64,000 nt of DNA, taken from Steroidobacteraceae bacterium. GTDB lineage: Bacteria > Pseudomonadota > Gammaproteobacteria > Steroidobacterales > Steroidobacteraceae. The stretch spans positions 1,209 through 65,208 of the forward strand of contig DATKLO010000101.1 of NCBI GenBank assembly GCA_035542375.1, read 5' to 3'. This document shows, one piece after another, positions 57,058-64,000 of this stretch. Each line of letters begins with the position of its first letter. The stretch's first letter is position 1. The notes beneath the pieces are model-generated. The model was not told where the DNA came from. It saw nothing but the letters and a program-made list of their open reading frames with translations, and made no database searches. The position numbers and the translations under genes were made by a program.

Positions 57058-57617
57058 GCAGTCGCGACGGCTACAGACCGGGACCGGCGGCGGGAGCCGA
57101 GGTGCGCAAGGATGGTGACAAGTGGACGCTCATCCTCGTTCGGGAGCTGCGTCATTCACCCGAAAAGGTGTGGCAAGCGCTGACTGACCCCGTACAGCTG
57201 CGCGAATGGGCGCCATTCGATGCCGATCGCAACCTTGCAAGCGTCGGCAGCGTAAAGCTTTCCACAGTCGGAACACCCAGGCCGCAGGTGTCCGATTCGC
57301 AGGTGATCCGTGCGGAGGCCCCGAGGATCCTGGAGTACCGCTGGGGTGGAAACGACCTGCGCTGGCTGCTCGAGCCACTTGGCCAGGGCACGCGGCTCAC
57401 GTTGTGGCACAACATTGATCGGGGCTTCATCTCGATGGGCGCGGCCGGCTGGCACATCTGCCTCGATGTGCTGGATCACTTCGCAGGCGGCGATCCTCTG
57501 GGCCGCATTGTCGCCGGGGATGCCATGAAGTTCGACTGGCCACGCCTGAATGTCGAGTACGCCAGACAATTCGGGATCGAGGCGCCGAGCTGGCCATCCG
57601 GACTACCGAGGGGTTGA
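57054..57617 (+). CDS. SRPBCC (Aha1/START-like) family protein
   Basis: ATGA overlap with arsR. PEKVWQALTDPVQLREW... is typical of the SRPBCC partner commonly paired with ArsR regulators. Confidence 0.75.
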   Translation: MSSRDGYRPGPAAGAEVRKDGDKWTLILVRELRHSPEKVWQALTDPVQLREWAPFDADRNLASVGSVKLSTVGTPRPQVSDSQVIRAEAPRILEYRWGGNDLRWLLEPLGQGTRLTLWHNIDRGFISMGAAGWHICLDVLDHFAGGDPLGRIVAGDAMKFDWPRLNVEYARQFGIEAPSWPSGLPRG

Positions 57618-57629
57618 GACCTGTCGAAC

Positions 57630-57657
57630 CCGCCGCCATCCGCTCGGATGGCGGCGG
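57630..57657. terminator. Strong GC hairpin (12-bp stem CCGCCGCCATCC/GGATGGCGGCGG, loop GCTC) between convergent genes; no U-tract
   Basis: Read directly. The position fits a terminator, but the lack of a T-run lowers confidence. Confidence 0.4.
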
Positions 57658-57681
57658 ACGATGCGGTGAGCGGAACGCCGG

Positions 57682-59358
57682 TCAATCGCCCTGGCCCGGC
57701 AGTCCAAACAGGAACGAGGGGAACTGCTCCGGCGAGAAGAAGTCCGGGACTTGCTCGGATACCAGCGGCTGGGCCACGTACTTCCAGCCCTGGTTCTGTG
57801 CGGTGCCCGCCGTCCCGAGGCTGTCCAGATCACCCTGATCGAACGCGAAGACGAAGATCCTGCTGGGGTTGTCGTGGACATGCGCTTGCTGGTCGTCATC
57901 GAGCACGAAGCTGGCCAGGAAATCGTTGTCGCTCGACAGGTAGAGCGTGTGCTTGGTGACCCCGTTCAGGCTGATGTCCTGCCCGAAGGTGATGCCTTCC
58001 AGTTTCGCAGGAAGGTCAACGGCCGGATCAAGGCCGTGAGCCTTGATGACCGCGACCACGTCGAGGAAAGGCACCTTCTGCAGCGCGACGGCCGCGGGAC
58101 TGTTCGTCAGGAAGCTGGGGTTGTTGCTCACATCCGCGACACCCGCGGCCTGGATGTCTACCAGGTTGAGCATCTTGTACCCGGCGGAACCGCCGCCCTC
58201 GAATCCCTTGCCGTCGCGTTCATCCACCAGGAACTGATGGTTGTTGACGGCGAGAATCTCGCTGATGGTGGTGTACTTGCCGGGTTTGGTGGCGAACAGC
58301 GGATAGGCGTATTGGGCCTTGACCTTGCCGCTGGCGATATCGATGGCCACCATGCGCGTGAACGCGCCATTGGGACCGGTGCCGCCGTCCTGGATCAGAG
58401 CGCTCTGCAGCGCGACGAGCAGCGTCTTGCCATCTGGCGTGATGGCCAACCCCTCCGCGCCTTTGTTCGCCACCCTTCCCTGCAACCGTGTGCTGTTGCT
58501 GTTTTGCGTATCCGACCCGAAGCTGCCGGTCTCCGTGGTGGTGGTCGTGTTCGGGATGACGGCGAAGCTGTCAGGCAGCCTGAACGAGCGGATGCGCTGA
58601 CCCGTGGCGCGCAGGAACTGATAGACATACGGGCCATATTCGTCGGAGATGAAGACGAACAGGCCGTCGTTGGAGATCTTGATGCTCTCCGGGTCGAGTC
58701 GGGCGTTATCGGGATTGTTCGACAGGTTCGGATACGCCGCGGGCCTGGCCGAATTGAAGGCGAAGCCGTCGGAGCGGCCCGTAAAGTAGTACCTGTGGCT
58801 GAACTTGTTGAGGGCCGGTGCGCCGTCGCCGATGGCGTTGCCCTTGTCATCGGTGAAGGCGCCTGCCTTGCCATAGTTCAGCGGTGTCTGACTCCAGAGG
58901 AGCGTCGTCGCGCGCAGGGTCGGCGTCAGGATGAACGGCAAACCAGCGACATCGAAGGGAGGCGTCAGTCCACTGACCGGATTTGGTGTCGTATTGCTGT
59001 CCTGAACACCGGCATCCGAGGGTGAGACCGGCAGCAGCCGAAGATTGAACGTGTGGAAGCGGTTGATGTAGGACACCGTGCTGTCGATGCTGGAGGCGTA
59101 TTCCACGGCATTGGGGCCACGATCGGGCAGCATCAGGAAGGTGTCTCCGCCCGCGTAAGCGATCGAGGATCCGAAGCCGCCCAGGCGGTTGCCGGGCACG
59201 GCGTTCTCCAGCGGCGCGGCGGTCTGATTGCTCAGGTCTTCGTAGGTTGCGGGTACACTGGCGGCGGCCACCAGATCGGGGCTGGCGTATGCATTCAGCA
59301 TGGGAACGGTGGCGAACGCCGCGGCCATCAGGCTGCGATTCACGACTGTGCGGATCAT
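57682..59358 (-). CDS. Secreted protein of the esterase-like-activity-of-phytase (phytase-like beta-propeller) family
   Basis: Signal peptide MIRTVVNRSLMAAAFATVPMLNAYA. DPESIKISNDGLFVFISDEYGPYVYQF and KGAEGLAITPDGKTL resemble that family. Confidence 0.55.
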   Translation of the reverse strand: MIRTVVNRSLMAAAFATVPMLNAYASPDLVAAASVPATYEDLSNQTAAPLENAVPGNRLGGFGSSIAYAGGDTFLMLPDRGPNAVEYASSIDSTVSYINRFHTFNLRLLPVSPSDAGVQDSNTTPNPVSGLTPPFDVAGLPFILTPTLRATTLLWSQTPLNYGKAGAFTDDKGNAIGDGAPALNKFSHRYYFTGRSDGFAFNSARPAAYPNLSNNPDNARLDPESIKISNDGLFVFISDEYGPYVYQFLRATGQRIRSFRLPDSFAVIPNTTTTTETGSFGSDTQNSNSTRLQGRVANKGAEGLAITPDGKTLLVALQSALIQDGGTGPNGAFTRMVAIDIASGKVKAQYAYPLFATKPGKYTTISEILAVNNHQFLVDERDGKGFEGGGSAGYKMLNLVDIQAAGVADVSNNPSFLTNSPAAVALQKVPFLDVVAVIKAHGLDPAVDLPAKLEGITFGQDISLNGVTKHTLYLSSDNDFLASFVLDDDQQAHVHDNPSRIFVFAFDQGDLDSLGTAGTAQNQGWKYVAQPLVSEQVPDFFSPEQFPSFLFGLPGQGD

Positions 59359-59652
59359 CGGGTGCTCCTGCGGTTCTTTTCGGGTGAGTCACGCCGGGCC
59401 CGCCCCTGAATCGGGACGAACCGGCGCTGCGAAAGCTCGCGGAAAGCTAATTTGCCCGTATGACAGTCGTGTGATCGCGGAACGGCGGATCAGCAAAGAA
59501 TTGTCATGCGCCCCTGAGCGGATCTCGCTGGAGCGCTCACTGCCGCCGCGTCTTCCGCCGATGCGGACCGGTGGTGCCGAAGACGCTGACGAGGTTCCTT
59601 CTGCAGTTCCCTGGCATCACACGGGGCAGCGTAACCGGGAAGGCGCAACTTC

Positions 59653-60912
59653 CTACGGGATGGCAACATTGAGCCGCGTGAGTCCACGGAATCCGAATAC
59701 CGGACTCCAGGCGGGTGTCGGATCGAGCAGTCGCATTCTGGGGAAGCGTCGCAACGCCCTTTGCACCGCGATCTGCCCTTCAAGGCGCGCCAGCGTCGCG
59801 CCCAGGCACACGTGCGCATCGCCGCCAAACGCGATGTGCCGCAGGTGCTGCCGGTGAATGTCAAAGCGATCGGGGTTCTCGAAGCGGCGCGGATCCCTCT
59901 GGGCAGCGGCGGTCAACAGCAGCAGCGCCGAGCCCTTGCCGATTCGATGCCCGTCGTATTCGACGTCCTCAGTAGCGACGCGCACTGCGCCCTGGACTGG
60001 TGACTCATAGCGCAGCACTTCCTCGATTGCCGGCCGTATCGCCTCGTCGCTGGCGCGGACATCGGCGCACGCCTCGGGGTTGCGTAGCAGTGTCAGCATT
60101 GCGTTTCCGATGAGGCTGCGGGTCGTCTCATGGCCCGCGAACAGCAGCAGTACACATTGTGCCTGCAGTTCCTCCTCGCTCATCCCGCCATCCTCCCTGG
60201 AAATTCCGAGGAGCAGTTCCAGCAGATCGTCGCCGCCGCCGGAATTGCGCTCGCGCATGATCGTGCCGAACATCTCCGTGAGGGTCCGCGCAGCGGACTG
60301 CGCGGCGTGACCGCCCTCGACCGTCCTGTGTGGATCACCCCACCAGACCGCGATCGCGTCGGACAGATTGACGCACTGCTGCTCCAGTTCGCGCGGAACA
60401 CCCAGCAAGCGCGAAATCACGCGCACCGGCAGCGGGTACGCGAGATCCCGGACGAGGTCCGGTTGAGCCGCATCGGCCATGGCGTCCAGAAGTTCCTCGA
60501 CTGCGGTTTCTGTCGTGGCACGCAGCCGTTCGGTCGCCATCGGCGAGAATCCCGCGTTCATCAGCTTTCTCAGGCGGGTATGGTCGGGCGCGTCCCGGAA
60601 CAGCAGCCAGCGCCCCATATGCTCGTAGAGATACGGCAGATCGTTTCTGCCCTGCCCCGGCAGCATCTGCATCGCCTGGAGGCGTTTTGCCGCCGACAGC
60701 CGCGGATCCCTGAAGAGCCTCACGCAGGCGTCGTAAGTGAACGCGATGGCGTGCGGCGGCGGTTTGACCGGCGACTGGATCGGCGGTCCCTCGAGATGCA
60801 TCCGATAGGTCGGATAGGGATCCTGGACGAACTCGGGAGTGAACAGCGGCGCGGGCACCTGAGTGGCCTGTAGGCTCATGGATTTCCCCCGGTCGGGCAT
60901 GGCCAGCGCCAA
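59653..60912 (-). CDS. Cytochrome P450
   Basis: FGGDAHVCLGATLAR haem-thiolate loop, EEVLRYESP (ExxR), AGHETT I-helix. The start may be the internal MSLQATQ at 60879. Confidence 0.9.
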   Translation of the reverse strand: MALAMPDRGKSMSLQATQVPAPLFTPEFVQDPYPTYRMHLEGPPIQSPVKPPPHAIAFTYDACVRLFRDPRLSAAKRLQAMQMLPGQGRNDLPYLYEHMGRWLLFRDAPDHTRLRKLMNAGFSPMATERLRATTETAVEELLDAMADAAQPDLVRDLAYPLPVRVISRLLGVPRELEQQCVNLSDAIAVWWGDPHRTVEGGHAAQSAARTLTEMFGTIMRERNSGGGDDLLELLLGISREDGGMSEEELQAQCVLLLFAGHETTRSLIGNAMLTLLRNPEACADVRASDEAIRPAIEEVLRYESPVQGAVRVATEDVEYDGHRIGKGSALLLLTAAAQRDPRRFENPDRFDIHRQHLRHIAFGGDAHVCLGATLARLEGQIAVQRALRRFPRMRLLDPTPAWSPVFGFRGLTRLNVAIP

Positions 60913-61089
60913 GCCTGGTTGAATCCATCATGTCAGCTGTTGGATGTGGATGCCAGTACGGGACGCTGCGGCGCAGCGTATGCTGCGGCATTCTCCCGAA
61001 TAGGGCGCCATGCGACACTCACGTGCGACGAATCTGCGCTCCGGGTACCCTCTCCAGCAGCACAGGTACCGCGGAACTGGAGTCACCAG

Positions 61090-61554
61090 GTGATCCGGAC
61101 TTTCCTGCTGTCGATCCACTTGCTGGCCGTCATCGTCTGGTTGGGATTCGGCCTGTATGAGCTTCTGCTGGTCCGGGAGATCCACAAGGCGCGGGGCCTG
61201 CCCGAGGAAGTCCCGCTGATTCGCATCTATGGTCGCTACGCCGGAATCGTCGCCGTGGCTACGCTGGTGGTCGCCGCTGCCGGAGTGGCGATGGCCGTGA
61301 TTCTCGGTTGGGGTTTCTTCACCGTGCTGTGGCTGGGCGTCAAGCAGGCGATCATGGCCGCGATAATCCTTGGCATGGTCGTCCTCACCCCGCGATTCGC
61401 CCGCGCCTATGCGGCAATCGCCGCCCTCTCCGGCGACAGTGCGGGCAGCCTCGAAGCGGCTCGCGCCGCCATTCAACGAGTGGAGGCTCCCGTGCTGCTG
61501 ATGAGGATAGGCGGGCTCGTGGCGGTCGTTCTTGCCGTATGGCGTCCGACTTAG
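61090..61554 (+). CDS. Integral membrane protein (about 4 TM helices), hypothetical
   Basis: A GTG start preceded by GGAG 9 nt upstream yields VIRTFLLSIHLLAVIVWLGFGLYELLL... The N-terminal 57 aa of the track ORF look non-coding. Confidence 0.5.
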   Translation: MIRTFLLSIHLLAVIVWLGFGLYELLLVREIHKARGLPEEVPLIRIYGRYAGIVAVATLVVAAAGVAMAVILGWGFFTVLWLGVKQAIMAAIILGMVVLTPRFARAYAAIAALSGDSAGSLEAARAAIQRVEAPVLLMRIGGLVAVVLAVWRPT

Positions 61555-61632
61555 GACGGAATCTCGAGCCGTCCGCTCGAAACTCGGTTCGCCGGCGCCC
61601 GGCGCCCGGCACCCGGGAGTCAGTCAGCCCGA

Positions 61633-62505
61633 TCAGTCATACCAGGCGGGCGACTTACGCACGACGCGAAACAGCTCCATGCTGTGCCCGATCCAGAGGG
61701 TCGCCCCGGTTCGCTGCAACAGCTCTTCGACCTTCCTGCGCGACTGGACCGTGCCCGATGTCTTTTCCTCGTCGGGCATACGGTTGAGAGTGCGTTCTTC
61801 CTCATAGTGATAAAGGTCGCCCGATAGCACCACGGGCCCCGTATTCTTGAGGCGCACCAGCAACGAGCAATGCCCCTCCGTGTGCCCCGGCGTCGCAATC
61901 ACGGTGACCGAACCATCCCCGAAAACATCGTGGTCGCCCTTCAGCAGCATGGTCTTGCTGTGCTCCAGCTGGGAATACTGGCTGAACCAGGCGTAAGCGC
62001 GCGCCTCCTTGCTGAACATCCGGTCCCGATCGCCCTGGTATACCAGCCAGGTGGCACCGGCGAAGTCACTGGCATTGCCTACATGGTCCCAGTGGTAGTG
62101 GGACAGCACCAGGTAGTCGATATCCGCGGGCGCGACTCCGATGTCGGCCAACTGCCCGCTCAGGGTGTTGAACTTGATCTGGGCATAACCGTCCAGCACG
62201 TTCTCGTACAGCGGCCTGCCGACCAGCCGGTCGTTGAGTCCGGTGTCGTACAGCAGCATGCCCTTCGGATGGACGACCAGATAGCAGGTGACCCCCATGT
62301 TGGTGTCCTTGACCTCCTCGCGCTTCAGGTTGTAGTCCTCCGGCTTGTTGTAAACCAGAGTTCCACAGTCGAACACGTACAGGCGCGGGCTCGTCACCCT
62401 GGGCTTCGGAGTGAGTTCGGCGGCACCGGCTCGAGGCGCGGACAGTATGATCCCGAGCGCTGCAGCGGCTATCAGGCAGATGACCGTTCTACTTGCCAGG
62501 TACAT
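61633..62505 (-). CDS. MBL-fold hydrolase of the N-acyl homoserine lactonase-like family, with a signal peptide
   Basis: SHYHWDHVGN (HxHxDH) and PGHTEGH. Length and layout match AttM/AiiB-type lactonases. Confidence 0.75.
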   Translation of the reverse strand: MYLASRTVICLIAAAALGIILSAPRAGAAELTPKPRVTSPRLYVFDCGTLVYNKPEDYNLKREEVKDTNMGVTCYLVVHPKGMLLYDTGLNDRLVGRPLYENVLDGYAQIKFNTLSGQLADIGVAPADIDYLVLSHYHWDHVGNASDFAGATWLVYQGDRDRMFSKEARAYAWFSQYSQLEHSKTMLLKGDHDVFGDGSVTVIATPGHTEGHCSLLVRLKNTGPVVLSGDLYHYEEERTLNRMPDEEKTSGTVQSRRKVEELLQRTGATLWIGHSMELFRVVRKSPAWYD

Positions 62506-62644
62506 GGTGCATTCTCACAGGGTAGAGATGCGAAATCCGTCGTTGATGGGCTTGAGGGTCACTCATCTTACACGCACTGCGGAAGGTGGTCGCCTGCGCC
62601 GACGCGATGAAGGCCGTTGCCGCGCGTTTCCCGGACGATTTCGC

Positions 62645-63034
62645 ATGAACACGGTCAGGGACGTGCTGGGAGTTGCAGTACCGACCGTTCAGGCGCGAAT
62701 CGCAGTCGCCGAGGGGCGCTCCGACGAGGCGGTGGCGGCGCTTCGGCTGGCCATCGCCGCGGAGGATCGGCTTGCGTACAACGAGCCGAAGGACTGGTTT
62801 TTTCCCGCGCGTCACCTGTTGGGGGCGCAACTGATGCAAGCCGGCAAAGCACACGAAGCCGAGAGAGTCTACCGGGACGACCTGCAACGCAATCCCGCCA
62901 ATGGGTGGGCGCTCTATGGACTGAGCGCCGCACTGAAGGCGCAAGGCAGAACCGTCGAGGCGGCCGAGGCGGCCCGGCAATTCGAGATCGCATGGAGCGG
63001 CGCGGACACCCGATTGACGGCATCGGCCTTCTGA
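62645..63034 (+). pseudogene. Probable C-terminal remnant of a larger TPR-like protein
   Basis: 129 aa (…AEDRLAYNEPKDWFFPARHLLGAQLMQAGKAHEAERVYRDDLQRNPANGWALYGL…TASAF). This resembles the C-terminal end of much longer proteins as I recall them. Only about 140 nt separate it from the neighbouring gene, so there is no room for the N-terminal part. Confidence 0.4.
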
Positions 63035-63128
63035 GCCTGCCTGCAGCTTCGTAACTCCTCGCTTCATGCGATCGGAGATGTCGTCGCACGGCTCTCGCCA
63101 GGCGCGAGAGAAGTCCCCTCGGCCAGGT

Positions 63129-64000
63129 CTACTTTGGAGTCCCGTCTCTCAGTCGCGTCGTCCCCCAGAAGCCATCCGGCAACGCGGTCGGATCATCCGG
63201 CAGTCCCGCGCGACGGACGGCCAATTCCGATTCCCGTTCCGCTGTGTTGAGGACTCTTTCTTCGTCCACGGTCAACACATGGCGGTCCCGCATCAGGACT
63301 CGTCCATCGACAATGACCGTCGCGACGTCCCCGCCGCTGGCGTAGTAGACCATGCGATAGACGGGCATGTTCATCGGCACCAGGTGCGGCTTGAACCAGT
63401 CCACCAGGATGACGTCCGCCCTCTTGCCGGGTTCGAGCGAGCCGATTTCATTTTCCATGCCAAGCGCCTTCGCGGCATCGATGGTGGTCATCTCCAGCAC
63501 CTTGCCGGCGGGTAACACCCGGGCATCGTGGAAGTAGAAGCGGTGATAGCGCGTCGCCTGAAACATGTGCCGGAACATGTCGAAGCTGCGATCCGGCGCC
63601 ACGCCATCCGACCCCAGCATGACAATCGCCCCGGCATCGATCAGTTCCGTCACCGGGCAGCGGCCGTTCATCGAGAAGACCGAGCTGGGATTGTGCGAGA
63701 TGCGCGTCCCCGTCGATGCTACCAGCCGGATTTCCTCATCCGTCAGATTGGTCGCATGTGACAGGATGACGTCCGGGCCGAGCAGACCGAGCACGTCATT
63801 CGCATACTTGACCGTGCCGCGGGTGTGCCCGTCCTGAAGAAACAATACCTGGTACCGCTTCGACAGGTCGCGAGCGATGCGCGCTTCGCGCTTCACCTCG
63901 TCAAGCGCCTCTCCAGCGAGGTGCTCATCCGGGCTGATGGTGGGAAACACCACCGCCATGTGCACACGTCCATCGCCCAGGCCATTGCCCTTGCGGATCA
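63129..64000 (-). CDS. Amidohydrolase-superfamily deaminase/chlorohydrolase-like enzyme; 5' end beyond the right edge
   Basis: GSDGVAPD, HATNLTDEEI and KRADVILVD motifs. The reading frame stays open upstream of the track ATG (63965) to the window end (…IRKGNGLGDGRVHMAVV…). Confidence 0.8.
   Translation of the reverse strand, partial: IRKGNGLGDGRVHMAVVFPTISPDEHLAGEALDEVKREARIARDLSKRYQVLFLQDGHTRGTVKYANDVLGLLGPDVILSHATNLTDEEIRLVASTGTRISHNPSSVFSMNGRCPVTELIDAGAIVMLGSDGVAPDRSFDMFRHMFQATRYHRFYFHDARVLPAGKVLEMTTIDAAKALGMENEIGSLEPGKRADVILVDWFKPHLVPMNMPVYRMVYYASGGDVATVIVDGRVLMRDRHVLTVDEERVLNTAERESELAVRRAGLPDDPTALPDGFWGTTRLRDGTPK

Noticed and set aside
63092-63110. 7-bp hairpin CTCTCGC/GCGAGAG between convergent genes, considered as a terminator
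   Set aside because: The stem is short and there is no U-tract on either strand, so the support is too weak.
1-64000. Looked for rRNA, tRNA, CRISPR arrays, IS elements/transposases, integrases, prophage genes, restriction-modification or toxin-antitoxin/defence modules
   Set aside because: None recognised. The only tandem repeats are the 17-nt array (no spacers, not CRISPR-like) and the short coding repeat in the PTQ linker. tRNA detection by eye is unreliable, so a tRNAscan/Infernal run would be needed to exclude small RNAs formally.

Overview
High-GC (roughly two-thirds G+C by eye) chromosomal segment from a diderm (Gram-negative type) bacterium, shown by an RND pump, a TonB-dependent receptor and beta-barrel outer-membrane proteins. 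It is probably an environmental proteobacterium, but I cannot assign a taxon. I support about 50 densely packed protein-coding genes, many with 4-bp ATGA/GTGA start-stop overlaps. I saw no rRNA, tRNA, CRISPR array, transposase, integrase or phage genes. All family calls come from motif recognition in the supplied or self-made translations; no database search was run. Many long ORFs in the track (for example 646..3219 +, 10810..12732 +, 34543..36633 +) are antisense shadows of real genes, typical of high-GC DNA. The real RND pump gene at 1..2991 (-) is missing from the track because it runs off the left edge. Main candidates for new biology: (1) A six-gene minus-strand operon (13818-21383) has the full parts list of a Dlt-type acyl-shuttle envelope-acylation pathway: two adenylating enzymes (one fused to a carrier domain), an SGNH/DltD-like protein and an MBOAT. 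It also has an unlisted 45-aa microprotein ending FYYLHR and an odd 659-aa chimeric protein. (2) A Cyc2-like fused monohaem cytochrome-porin is followed directly by a dihaem c4 cytochrome (42395-44508). (3) A 72-nt cis-element occurs twice with ungapped block conservation (32783-32854 and 33659-33730). It contains TGGGKAGC direct repeats 22 bp apart and a UUUCUCC(AG) tract complementary to the downstream Shine-Dalgarno. It sits ahead of a DUF4242 gene pair and an unlisted 42-aa secreted-peptide ORF, next to two paralogous large STAND/LuxR regulators. The rest is ordinary metabolic, transport and regulatory content: S9 peptidases, pobA, a Mo-hydroxylase, a persulfide dioxygenase-rhodanese fusion, a P450, a two-component flavin monooxygenase, MFS/APC transporters and GNATs.
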